A stretch of 64,000 bases of DNA from Cetorhinus maximus (lineage: Eukaryota). Each line of letters opens with the position of its first letter. Position 1 is the stretch's first letter. Under the pieces are notes generated by a model, which saw nothing but the letters and a program-made list of their open reading frames with translations, was not told the origin of the DNA and did not search any database. The position numbers and the translations under genes are program-made. Below are positions 26,560 through 38,750 of the stretch, piece after piece. The stretch is from the NCBI RefSeq assembly GCF_964194155.1, contig NC_135882.1, positions 67,022,001-67,086,000 on the forward strand. Direction: 5' to 3'.

Positions 26560-26770
26560 AACAAAATCAGAAAATGCTGGAAAAACTCAGCAGGTCCAAC
26601 AGCATCTGTGGAGAGAAAGACAGAGTTAATGTTTCAAGTCCATTTGAAGAGTCATACGGACTCGAAACGTTAACTCTATCTTTCTCTCCACAGATGCTGT
26701 TAGGCCTGCTGAGTTTTTCCAGCATTTTCTGTTGTTTCAGATTTCCAGCATCCGCAGTATTTTGCCTTTA
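26560..26770. mobile_element. Penelope-type palindromic element
   Basis: Inverted arms gaaaatgctggaaaaactcagcagg...agagttaa / ttaactct...cctgctgagtttttccagcattttc. Confidence 0.8.
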
Positions 26771-27114
26771 TCAGGAGTGAATGACCCTGGTGGAACCCAA
26801 ACTGAGCATCAGTGAGCAGGTTATTGCTATGTAAGTGTTGCTTGATCACACTGTCGACGATACCTTTTATCACTTTGCTAATGATCGGGAGGAAGTTGAT
26901 GGGGCGGCAATTGGCCGGATTGCATTGGCCCTGCTTTTGTAGACAGGACATACCTGGGCAATTTTTCCATATTGTTGGGTAGATGCCAGTGTTGTAGCTG
27001 TACAGGAACAACTTGACTTGGTGCATGGGTAGCTCTGGAGCACAAGTCTTCAGTAATATCACTGGGATGTTGTCAGGGCCTTTGCAGTATCCAGTGTCTT
27101 ATAGCCATTTCTTG

Positions 27115-28413
27115 TGTAGGGATTTGGACTCTATACTAAAACTAGAGTAAGAAAATTCTTATTGAGGAACAACCATATTGGCAAAAGAATATGGTTATTT
27201 AGAATGCAAACTGACAAGGTTTGTTGGACAATAAAGATTGATACTTAACATTTCATTAGTGGAGACATAGCATGATGCTCAAGTTCAACACGTGTTGGTC
27301 TGTCTGTCTCGTGGATCATGGGACTTCTGGGGTCTTCTCTTCTTGGTTCCTTGAACCTGGTCTCTTGACTCACAACGTCCTTCAAAATTTTAGCTTAGCC
27401 AGCTCAGCTCTAAGATACATGCAAATCCCTTTGCAGCTTTAAGACTTCAACTCTAGTGCACTCTTTTCCAACCTACAGCTTCCAGTCCGCCTTAACTGCT
27501 GAAGCTACACACTTCACAGTTGCCTACTGGTGGTCTCTTTCTCACTCTGGTAGAACAGCTTTCTAACAAAATCTGTGGCTTTCCCTAAATAACTAAGAGT
27601 GCACTTGACTACTGATTCTCCTAAGCTAGACTTTAACTGACTCAAATGATTTCTTGGCAGCTAAGTGGCTATACATTTTCTATTCCCACTCTCAAGGCAA
27701 TTACTTTAGCCCTGGAAGTTCTGTCTATGCTGGATTCACTGATCTCTAATACTGGTTCTTGCAGCAACACCTCCGCCCATGATAAATACTTTAGTCACTA
27801 ACTAAGCACCCTTATTTTATACCCTCTTTGCAGATAGCTTTGCAACATTTAGTCCAAGTATGTGCGCCTGGATCAATGCAACAACTTCTAACCCAATATT
27901 TGCAACTGTTGACCAATGGGAAGAGTGCACATAGTGCCCTCATAACAATCAGAGGTCCTTGGAACATTCTAGGCCCAAGATCATTCTTCTAGCCAATCAG
28001 CTTTGCAGCCTTGGCATCCCTTCTAACTGCTAAACTATAACCTATATCTTTGACCAGAGACCCTGGAACATCTAGTCCTTGGGCTACCTTCCTGGCCAAT
28101 CAGCATTGTAGATTTGGCTTCTCTTTACTGCTAAACTGGACTCACCAGAGACAAATGTGCAAATGTGTCCTAGTTATAACTTCAGTTCACTCCCAACAGA
28201 TCCACATGTTCTTTCTTAAAGCTAAATCACAGTATTTGGCACTTAAAGAGATGCCAACTTTAAGACTTTCTTAACACCATACCTCAAAAGTCATGAATCA
28301 TGCCAATAATACACATAAATTAAGACTTTTCATTACTAAGCTTATGTACAGTGCATTTTAATCATTTAAGCCTTTCTAATTACACAAATGTGCCAACAAG
28401 GTGAAGTCTAACA
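27115..28413. mobile_element. Solo LTR (ERV/Gypsy-type), 1299 bp
   Basis: TG...CA termini, exact 4-bp TSD CTTG (27111-27114, 28414-28417); the host LINE reads through when the insert is removed; several CCAAT boxes at 27910-28100. Confidence 0.8.
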
Positions 28414-29509
28414 CTTGTTATCACATGGAGTAAATTGAATTGACTGAAGATTGGCAGCTATGATATTGGGGACCTCAGGAGGAGGCCGGCACTTGTAGCT
28501 GAGGATTGTAGCAAAAACTTCAGCCTTGTCTTTTACACTGATGTGCTTGGCTCCCCCATCATCGAGGATGAAGATATTTGTGGAGCCTCCTCCTCCAGTT
28601 ATTTGTTTAATTGTCCACCACCATTCACGACTGGATGTGCAGGACTGCAGAGCTTTGCTCTGATCCCTTGGTCATGGCATCACTTTGTTCTGTCTATCAC
28701 AGGCTGCTTCCGCTGTTTGTCATGCAAGTAGTCCTGTGTTGTAGCTTTACTAGGTTGACATCTCATTTTTAAGTATGCCAGGTGCAGCTCCTGGCATGTC
28801 CTCCTGCACTCTTCATTGAACCATTGATCCCCTGGCTTTATGGTAATGGTAGAATGAGGAATATGCTGGACTGTGAGCTTGCAGATTGTGGTTGAATACA
28901 ATTCTGCTGCTGATGGCCCACAGCACGTCATGGATGCCCAGTTTTGAGCTGCTAGATCTGTTCTGATCTATCCTATTTAGCACATTGGTAGTGCCATACA
29001 ACACGATAGAGAGTATGCTTAGTATGAAGATAGGACTTTGCCTTCACAGGGACTGGACAGTGGTCACTCTTACTATACTGTCATGGAAAGATGCATCTGC
29101 AACAGGTAGATTGGTGAGGAGGACAAAGCCCAGCAGGTTTTTCCCTCATCTTGGTTCCTTCACAACCTGCTGTTGGGCCCAGTTTGGTAGATATGCCCTT
29201 CAGAACTCGGTCAGCTTAGTCAGTAATTCAGTAATGGTGCTAATGAGTTACTCTTGGTGATGGACATTGAAGTCCCCTAACCAGAGAACATTCTGTGCCC
29301 TTTACATCCTCAGTGCTTCTTCCAATTGATGTTCAACATGGAGGAATATTGATTCATCAGCTGAGGTGGTAGGTCATAATCAGTAGGTTCATGTTTGACT
29401 TGATGCATGAGACTTCATGGAGTCCGGAGTCAATGTTGAGGACTCCCAGGCAACTCCTTCAAAACTGTATACCACTGTGCTGCCTCCTCTGCTGGTTCTG
29501 CCCATGTTG

Positions 29510-29800
29510 AGAGTCGACCACATTGCTGTGGGTCTGGAGTCACATGTAGCCCAGACCAGAAAAGGATGGCAGATTCCCTTCCCTAAAGGGCATTAGTGAA
29601 TCAGGTGGTTTTTTACGACAATTGATGATTGTTTCATGGTCACCATTACTGAGACTAGCTTTCAATTCAGATTTTTATTAATCAATTGAATTTAAATTCC
29701 ACCAGCTGAAATGTGGGATTAAACCAATGTCCTCAAGGCAATAACCTGAGCCTCCGGATTACTAGTTCAGTGACATTGCCGCCACGCTATTGTTTCCCCT
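29510..29800 (-). mobile_element. tRNA-derived SINE head/body abutting the LINE 5' side
   Basis: Reverse complement of the SINE at 37972; lacks the usual SINE 3' tail. Confidence 0.8.
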
Positions 29801-30295
29801 AGAATCAACCTCAGTACCTCTGAAAAAAAAAACGAGAAAGCTGGTAATATCTCAGATCAGCCAGCAGCAATGGAGAATCACAAATCAAGTGAGCCAACCT
29901 TTCAGGTCTAAGACACTTATTCAGAGCATTACTATCATCTCCATCAAGGATAGCTAACATAAAAAAAACAGAAATGAAATTTGAGTATTTCTGGTCAATA
30001 TGGCTCAGTTACAGGCTGGTAATTGATTTTCTCTTAATGCATATCAAGCCAGTTATATATTTAAAACATTATACGGCCTTATGAGGGAATAGACAATAAA
30101 ATCATACACTTTAAAAGTACATTGCCAGATTGCTTATAGGTTGAGAATAATAAACAATGTGAGATAAAATGAGCAGAAGATAATATAATTGCGCTAAAAG
30201 CAATGTTCCATTAACTTTAGAATGCCATTCTTCTTGTGATTATGTCAAGAAGAGATAGTGGCTCCTTGGTTTATAACTTAAACATTTAACACTTA

Positions 30296-30996
30296 GGGAT
30301 GGATTTATGGGTGCTTTCGTCCCCATCACCCTGGCTAAAATGTCAGTGGCCAATGTTGCTTAATGACCAATTACCCCTTAATAGGCTGAAAGTGGTATTT
30401 CTGCCCCTCAGGGGCAGGATGCCACCTCAGAGAGCTGCTGGCTACCTGAGCAGTGCCAGGTGGCAGCATTGGCCACTACTGGGACTACAAGCAGTCCCCA
30501 ATGGATCTTGTAGCTGGAACCTGACAGAGACCAAGATAAGTGGAGTGGGAGGGGGGTATTTCGCTTGTGTCAGACTGGCAGGTTGAGGGGGGTGGCAGGT
30601 TGAATTTGAGAGGTCGAGGAGTAAGTGAGGGGGGAAATGTGATCTTGGGTGGGATGCCTCCGATGGGCACAGGGGACCCACGAAGGAGGTTGCACCCAAC
30701 ACTCGACTGCCCCTTGCCTGACACTAGCCCGCTCAGCTAAGGCTGCTGGGCTACCCGCTTAATGTGGCCCTCCCCCTGCTGTGAGTAAAATAGCAGTGGG
30801 AGTGGGATAAGGCCCTTAAGGGCCTCAATATGTCCAAGGGTGGCCAGGCCGCCCAACGCCTCCACCGACCCCTGTGAAGTTTCATACAGGTCGGGAGGGC
30901 GGGTGGGTGGGTGGGCGGTGGGAAGGCCACAAGCTGGATTTTACGAGCCCCTACCTTCCTTCAAAGCGGCCAGCAGAGGAGCGTAAAATCTAGCCC
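30296..30996. mobile_element. Harbinger-type MITE with canonical TTA TSD
   Basis: TTA|GGGATGGATTTA ... TAAAATCTAGCCC|TTA. Confidence 0.8.
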
Positions 30997-31289
30997 TTAT
31001 TCTTTTCCCACTAATATGCTCTTCAGAAGTTGGGTCATTATGTGTCCTGCATAGAACTGCTGATGGAAAATTGATCGGAAAAGAAATGCATCCTGTTCTC
31101 CTTACTTTAGCTGTTGCATTTTAGCACTAAGTGCTTAAGTGAATACCTTAAAGCTCTAACAAGAGATGAAAATGTAATTAGTGACTTATGATATCCACAT
31201 TTTAATTTTGGTAGCAGAAAACTGAGATGAGTGAGACGAGTCTCTTTGTAATAAGTGTATCGCATTCATTTTCTTCTCTGAAGAACAAG

Positions 31290-32003
31290 GGTCAGAATTT
31301 CACACTGCCTCACCAGCGGACTTTTAGGCGGCGGGAGGAGCGTGAAAATGAAAGAACGGGACTCCCTCTGGATTCACGCCTGCGCTGACCACGCAGAGAT
31401 TTTACACTGGGGAGGGCAAGGCCTCGGATGGGATGCCCATCATTGCCCCAATTGAGGCCCTTAAGGGCCGTTTCCAGCCCAGCCTCACTTTTAGGGTGGA
31501 CTTAGCTGGCGTGGGGTAAGGCCGACAAAGAACGGGCCTAGATCTCGGGCAGGAAGGGGGGAGGGCGCCTCCATCTGAAGCCCACTTCTGATTGTGGGTG
31601 CCCCCCACCCCCACAACCCCTCTTAAGGCCTGTTGGCCACTGGACCTCCCTACCCTGGCCTTTTCCTCAACACCCCGATCAACCCTTGCCCCTCCCCACC
31701 CTACCTCCCAGGCCTTCCCTATCCTTCTTGCCTTGGGAGGCCTTAAACTTATCTTGTCCTCCAGTTCTGGGAATTAGGCTCAGGCATATTTGTGTGCTTC
31801 CTCTTCTGTCTGACAATCAGATTGCCCGTTAGCTCTCTAAAACGAGACTTCCTTCCGAGTGAGGGGCGGAAATCCCGCCTGCAGCCAATTGACGCTCATT
31901 TGAGCATAAAATGGCTGTGGGGCACTCAGTCGACAAGGATGTGTTTCCCGCCCACTCTTCAGATGCCAGGAAGCGAGAGCCCGCCATCTGAAAAATTCAG
32001 GCC
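31290..32003. mobile_element. Harbinger-type MITE
   Basis: TIRs GGTCAGAATTT / AAATTCAGGCC; flanks AAG/AAT; ggcccttaagggcc palindrome as in other copies. Confidence 0.75.
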
Positions 32004-32189
32004 AATATTATCACTTTGAGGATGATTTACACATTTATTCTAAGATTTTTAAATACACCAGTTGATCTCCCTTGGTATTGCACAGGTATGTACACACACA
32101 TCCACCCACATTTAAAGATGTTTTTGTTTTCAGTAAATAAAACTATTGTCAGCACAATCTAAAGATCAAGAAATTCTCCAGCTTTTAAA

Positions 32190-33012
32190 ATGATTGCTCA
32201 GGTTACATTTAAAATGCATCAGAATACTTTTATGGACTGGACCTCTCCCTGCTGTTGTGAGCAGGCTTCTCCTGCATGAAAACAGATGGAGAGAGTGTGA
32301 GCAGGACACATGGCACTGCATGGAATGTTTGTGTGGTGAGCGGAGACTTGGACTGGGTGAGGACGCAAGTTCCAGAGGATATGAGCCTGAGTGTGTGTGA
32401 GAGTTAGTGGTGTTGTCCCTTGAGGTGTGAGATCCCTTTGGATGTGTGATGGGTTTGTGAGTGTGTGAGTTGAGAATGATGAGAAGAGTGACTTACCCTG
32501 GCAGAACAGATGAGACCATTCATCCTGCAGCAGCACTGGGTGGCTGTCCTCTTTTGAAGGGTATTGACGCTTACCACCGCTGCCACTGCCCCCCAAGCTT
32601 GCTTGGTAACACTGCTGCCCATCCTGCGGCCAGAGCTGGGGTAGAGGACATCATGGCGGGCCTCCACTGCATCCAAAAGGCCCTCGAGGGACGTGTCATT
32701 AAACCAAACTGCTGCAGTCTTCTTGCCTTTCGGGGCTATGATTCCTGTGCAGCAGTCCTGAGCTGGGAGCATTGAGAGTGCACGCGACTGTGCTTTCAAT
32801 GTGGCGCACAGCGTAGTGAAACAGAAGGTGACAATGTGGTGGGCGAATGAGAGTCCTTCCACCATCGAGACGCTGTATTTCCCGGGGATGCATGAATAAT
32901 GAGGCGGGATTGGGATGTTATGGCATGAAAACCCACCATTGCAGTCAGCGGGAGAAATGTCTTTTTCCCCGCCTGCTACCACACTTGGTACAAATGTGGC
33001 ACAATTCTGCCC
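32190..33012 (+). mobile_element. Harbinger right end with Myb/SANT exon 1 remnant (- strand), inserted into another transposase
   Basis: WFNDTSLEGLLDAVEARHDVLYP...QAWGAVAAVVS...RTATQC|gtaagt; TIR AATTCTGCCC ends at 33012. Confidence 0.75.
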
Positions 33013-33545
33013 ATAGGATGTGTTTGTGTTGGTTGTATACTAGCTGAACATTCAGCAAATGAAAGCCCTTACAGTTGATGTAGTTGACTGCTTGTCGCCA
33101 TGGAGATCTAAGCACCATGTCAGTGCAGTCGATGTCACTCTGCACCTGTGCAAATCCCAGCACTCTTGCTTCCTGGCTTTCCTGATCCAGGGTGAAATGC
33201 ACAAAGTTGTGTGTTCTTGCGAATATGGCATCCATGACCTCCTGGATGTACTTGTATATGGAGGCTTGTGAGATCCCACAGAGGTCACCTGTGGAGCCCT
33301 GAAAGAAGCTACTGGTGTGGAAATTGAGCACTGCAGTCACTTTCACGGCCACTGGCAGTGGATGCCCTCCATGTCCCCATGGCGTCAAATCTTGCAACAG
33401 GTGGCAGATGTGACCGACCAGTTCCCTGGACCTGCGCAGTCTTTGGTGCCACTGGTTCTCGGTCATCTGCATGAATGACGAGCGCCATCTGTAGCCCCTG
33501 GGTCTAGTGAGACGCCTAACTGCAATGGCTCACTGTGGGTCTTCA
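33013..33545 (-). pseudogene. Harbinger transposase N-terminal fragment
   Basis: RLRRSRELVGHIC...LPVAVKVTAVLNF...FQGSTGDLCGISQ...IDCTD...NCKGFHLLNVQLV. Confidence 0.85.
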
Positions 33546-34512
33546 GTGGCATACGAACAAACGAATTAGGAGCAGGGGTAGACCACTCGGCCCCTCAAGC
33601 CTGCTCTGCTATTCAGTAAGATCATGGTTGATCTGAATGTTACCTCAACCCCACATTGCCGCCTACCTCCAATAACCTTTCACCTCATTAATCAAGAATC
33701 TATCCTTTTAAAGAGGAGGTACATTGTGGCTGCAACAAATTGTGTAAGTTTTTCAAAATGAATTAGTGCTGTTACTTTGAGCAATAGCAGAACATGCCAG
33801 AGAGCAAGCAGAAAATGCATTGGAAATTCCACTGGAGAGAAGGAAAGAAGGAAAGGTGTCCTGAATATGCAGAGGGAGCAGGAGACCTTCCAGACACATG
33901 CTGAAGGCAGTTTGAACAAGTAGTGGAGGATGTCAATGCCAGGAGGGTTGCTCCAATGCAGGAAAAAGTGTAATAGTCTCACATGAGTTCTCAAGGTGAG
34001 TGAGTTTATCTTCAAATGACATAGTCTACCCACTGCCCCAGTACCCCCATCCAGTGCTCAATTCAGTACACCCCCATCACCCATGCAGCAACAATCTCCA
34101 CCTCACCTTCACACGCTTAACACTGCTGTAAGCCTCCACACCCACAACTCATGGCTCACTCACTGGTAAAATTCGACCATTGACAGCTACATCACCAAAC
34201 AAATTACACAACACTCCCTGGGATATTTTTTTATTGTAGGAGAAGGTGGTGCATTTCAGCAGGCAGCAAGAATGAACAGGAGGAAGATAAGCGGCCTGCA
34301 AGTTTAACACCAGGGGCGGAGACAGTGCTGGCCATCATGGGAAGTCGCATCCCTGAGGCTGTGGCCACTGGTGGCCCTAAAGTGATTGATAATGAGGGTA
34401 TCCACATTCCCAAACCACTTCTCTCATTCCACTTCTCCTTCATCCCTCAATCTCTTGTCATGGACAAATTTTGCGCGTTTCTATTCTTTCTATTTCCCCT
34501 GATCAAAATGCT

Positions 34513-35324
34513 TGTGAGTAGATGTGTGTTTTCTTACCCTCAGAATGGTTTACTTAATTTTCAATAATCAAGCAGCAAGCTTTTATGTATTTAAAAATGA
34601 GGAAGGTTAATTTATTTCTTACACACTTGCCCTGGAGATTAATGAAAACAGGACGTCTCACCCACTTAACTCACCCACACTAGCAAATACACAAAAAATT
34701 AGATTCAGATGAAGATAAAAACGCGAGTTATAAAAGCAAAATTTATCTCAGTCTCTCTTTTGTCGCAGGCCTGATGCTTCTTAGTTGAGTTGATGCTTCA
34801 TCTGGAGTGAAGGCCCTGCTAGGCAGAGATTTCTCAAAAGCTCGGAAGGTTCCTGTACTTGATCTGCCAGGAAGTTGTTCTCTCAGATGAACTTGAAGGA
34901 TATAAGAGAATCCTTCTTCCTCTTTCAAGGTATTGCTGCTGGGGACCTTGGTTGCTTCTTTGACTGCAGTGATCCAGTAGTTTTGAATGGTGTTTCGTGG
35001 ACTCGCTGATGGGATTTTTGCTGGACTTCTGCTGCTCGGTTTTAAATGCAGAGAGCAAATTTGGCTGCCTTAACCATGTAGCCTCGTATCAAGTGTCAAG
35101 TCATTGTTTAAATAAGGTAATGTCAGTTTGATAAGCATTATGGACTGTAGCTTTTCAACTGTGTGGTTTCAGACAGCCAAAGGCCTTTGCGCTTGAAGGA
35201 CAAACCATCATATTACAATGAGGTGTCGATGGGTTGTGTTTACCTATTGGGCTGACCCACAAGTCACATCAGTCAGTAATGTACACTTTTGTTCTCTCTG
35301 GAGACAGGATAGTTTCAATTCACA
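34513..35324. mobile_element. Possible solo LTR
   Basis: TGTGA...TCACA termini, interrupts the Harbinger Myb intron; no TSD seen. Confidence 0.35.
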
Positions 35325-35934
35325 AGAGAAGCCTGATGATCTCCAGACACCATATTTTGATGCCTTTAACAATGTGGCTTTTAAAAATAACTTTAAAAAT
35401 CAGAGACTGATACTGCATACATTTAAGGTGCTAGGATAAAGGAGTGATCTGTGCATGTTGAGACACCAAGCACAAGTGCACAGGGGCCAGAGTGGGGGTG
35501 GAAAGAATCGCACAGGGGCCAGATGGAAGGTGAGGCTGCACACTGCCGAGGATTCCAGTGGACGAGGATACAGAAGGAGGCTGATGGGTGCTCTAACTCA
35601 AATGCTTGGCACACAGGAAAGCTTGCCAGAAAGCCTACGTTCAATGTCAAGGGGCATGGAGGAGTCCCAGCGTGCAGAGTTTGGAGAGCATGCTTTCCAA
35701 CATGGAAGAGGTAGTCACCTCCATCAGCACATCAATGGGATCTAGAATGGTGCAGCATCAGATGGCCAATGTCACAGCTTCCATTGCAGCACAAGCAAGG
35801 TCCACCAAAGGTCTGAGTGCTGCAGTGGAATCTCAGGCTGATACTGTGTAAACATAGTCTGCTCCCTCATGAATCTAGGTACCACTGTTAAAAGAGGGTT
35901 CCAGGTATCACAGCAGACTATCATTCTGTTCTCC

Positions 35935-36295
35935 AACACATAGGAACATAGAGTAAAAGTAGGCCATTCGGCTTCTCGAGCCTGCTCTGCCATTCAGCTA
36001 GATCATGACTGATTTTCTATCTCAACAACATTTTCCTGCACTATCCTCATACCCTTTGATATCTTTAAATCTACTGATCTCTGTCTTGAATACACTCAAT
36101 GACTGAGCCTCCACAGCCCTCTGGCATCAAACATTCTAAAGATTTACCACCATCTGAATAAAAAAATTCCTCCTCATCTCAGCCTAAATGCCGTACCTCT
36201 TATTCTGAGACTGTGTCCCACCGGCCAGTGGAAACATCCTTCCTGCATCCACCCTATCGAACCCTGTCAGAATTTTGTATGCTTCAATGAAATAA
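35935..36295 (-). mobile_element. CR1 3' end
   Basis: Reverse CR1 tail acataggaacatagagtaaaagtaggccattcggc, like the one near 16980. Confidence 0.8.
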
Positions 36296-37624
36296 AGAGA
36301 TTAACAGGATTGGCCTGGGAGAATGGCAGTGTTTCCATGGTGCACAAACCTGCTGTGCTCTCTGTCAGAATGACAGCATTCATGGTCCCACTGCTGTCAA
36401 ATCTGTCAAGGCCCTTACCATTGCCTGTCCAGCAGCCCAGACTGCTGCAGCCCAGGTCCAGATGGCACAATCTGAAGCCAGAACGTCTAGTCCTAGAGCT
36501 GCTTGAAGTCTCCCTCAAATACTTCCCACGGGCTCCTAGTTGAAGGCTGCAAACTTCCAGTACCCATGCGACAGCCTCTGGGGAAGTATCTCATTGGAGT
36601 ACTGATGATTGGCAAAGGCACATGGAAGACAGATACTAAGGGAATGCACAAGTATGATTGGGCTATCTTTGTGTGCCATAGTTTAATTCATTGGACTGGA
36701 ATGTTCATTTTCTGTTGGCTTTTATTTTTATCTTGTTAGAAAGGGGATAATGTGATGGTCAATGATAGAGAAAAGGTAAGGAACCTGGGACAGTTGATGA
36801 AAGGGGAGTTGTGGTTGAGGTTACTGCGAACACTCATGAATTGTCTGCCCTGTTAGAGCCCGGGAATAAAATGGCTGCAAACATTGTATCCTCCCTTACT
36901 CTTCCTGTTCCTTCTCTTCCGGATGGTGCTTCCTTCTCTTCCTCATACTCCTGTTCGCCTGATCGGTTGTGAAAGGGGCCATTTCCTCAAAATGCCCAGG
37001 TTGGGCAGCGTGCTGCCACACACCTTGATACCCGCTCAGTTGAGTACTGCAGGGCTCCTCCAGAGCAGTCCAGGCAGTGGAATCATTGCTTGAGGACACA
37101 GGGAGTGTGCTTTATGATGTTCCTTGTGGCAGTGCGCCTCTCATTGTAAGCCTGATGTGCACATGTTCTGGACCCAGAATCATGAGCCATGTCATCAGTG
37201 GATAAACCTTGTAGCCCAGGAGCCAACCTTTGACTTATGATGGGTCAAATGCAGTTGGCACAGAGGACTGCTGCAGAATGAAGGCATTGTAACCACTGCC
37301 AAGATAACGGGCATTCATCTGCCTGATGTGCTGCCTGTAGTTGCATACCAGCTGCACGTTGAGGGAGCGGAATCTCTTTCAGTTCAGGAAGGCGACTGAT
37401 TTGACTCGAGGCACCACAAACTAATGTCAATGACACCCTGCACCATATGGAAGCCTGCAATCAGTGCAGACCCTCTGCCTGCTTGTTGTTACCCAAACCC
37501 CATTAGCGAAATATGAAACTAGACACCAATACTTTTCTTGAAAATAGGTTTATTCACAGAATGTAACATTACATATATTATTCCTACCTACCAACCAGTG
37601 TCCCAGCATTCTCTCTATACACTC

Positions 37625-37920
37625 TTAGCCCCTTAAAGGGGCACTGTAACAAAAAAAGCAAAACTTTAAACGAGACTTAACAACTCAAATCAAAGTGATA
37701 GTCCTGGGCTAATGATACACTCAAGCCCCCGCGGTGCCCACTTGTCAGAGAAGGCCTCAGGCGTATCAATGGACACTGCACGCTCCCTCTCCAGGGACAT
37801 TTGGGCACGAACATAGCCGCGGAAGAGGGGCAGATAGTCGGGCCGGATGATCCCCTCAACCACCCGCTGCCAGGACCTGTCGACCATCTTGGCCAGGCCC
37901 AGGAGCAGGCTGTCACCCTT
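37625..37920 (-). mobile_element. Tx1 (L1-clade) retrotransposon ORF2 C-terminus and 3' end
   Basis: LLLGLAKMV...DYLPLFRGYVRAQMSLERERA...FSDKWAPRGLEC; 3' hairpin gccccttaaaggggc. Confidence 0.7.
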
Positions 37921-37971
37921 TATACTCTTTTGAAGCACCAACTAAAAGGAAATAAAATAATTAACAGATAA

Positions 37972-38305
37972 ACGATGCCATAGTGGTATTATCACTGGAC
38001 TAGTAATCCAGAGACCCAGGGTAATGCTCTGGGGACCTGGGTTCAAATCCTGCCATGGCAGGTGGTGGAATTTGAATTCAATAAAAATCTGGAATTAAAA
38101 GTCTGATGGTGACCATGAAACCATTGTCGATTGTTGTAAAAACCCATCTGGTTCACTAATGTCCTTTAGGGAAGGAAATCTGTTATCCTTACCTGGTCTG
38201 GTCTACACGTGACTCCAGACCCACAGCAATGTGGTTGACTTTTAAACGCTCTTTTGGGATGGGCAATAAATGCTGGCCCACATCCCATGAACGAATGAAA
38301 AAAAA
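37972..38305 (+). mobile_element. tRNA-derived SINE, near full length
   Basis: A-box-like TGCCATAGTGG, B-box GGTTCAAATCC (38040-38050), body, and tail ...cacatcccatgaacgaatgaaaaaaaa. Confidence 0.9.
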
Positions 38306-38592
38306 GTGACGCCCCCTTTAGGGCAACAAATGTCAAAACTTTGAAGGAAACTTAAAAAATCAAAGCAAAATGTCATTGTGGGGCCTGACGATGCACTCCA
38401 ACCACTGTAGTGCCCACCAGTCACAGAAGGCCTCAACCGTACCAGTGGACACCGTGTGCTCACTTTCCAGGGACATTCGGATGTGAATGTAGCCGTGGAA
38501 GAGGGGCAGACAATTGGGCCAGATGACCGCCTCAACCACTCACTGCCCAGATCTGTTGATGACCACCTTGGCCAGGCCGAGGAGCAGGCTCA
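38306..38592 (-). mobile_element. Second Tx1 3' fragment
   Basis: Homologous to 37625-37920 (ttggccaggcc.aggagcaggct; gccccctttagggc hairpin). Confidence 0.7.
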
Positions 38593-38709
38593 ATAAATGC
38601 TCTAAGAACTCAACTAAATAATACCCTTCACCGGTATATCTTAACAATATAATCAACATACCATTAACAGTAAGTTTATTAAGTTTCATTAACAGTAAGT
38701 CTATTTCCT

Positions 38710-38750
38710 TAGTTCTGATGAAGAGTCATTCGGACTCGAAACGTCAACTG
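38710..38750 (+). ncRNA. Minimal type I hammerhead ribozyme motif within a Penelope-type repeat (~38700-38810)
   Basis: (U)AGUU-CUGAUGA-A-GAGUC[AUUCG]GACUC-GAAA-C-GUC^-AACU(G): intact core boxes, 5-bp stem II, stem I AGUU/AACU, palindromic ACGU stem III. Confidence 0.65.

Larger units (their letters stand above)
26430..29500 (-). mobile_element. CR1-group LINE (EN-RT fragment), interrupted by a Penelope-type repeat and a solo LTR
   Basis: LLKTCAPEL...NPANCRPINFLPIISKV...DAQFGFHQGHS and KPGDQWFNEECRR fragments. Confidence 0.85.

Noticed and set aside
37972-38060. tRNA gene
   Set aside because: A/B boxes are present, but no cloverleaf is evident and it continues into a SINE body found several times in the window.
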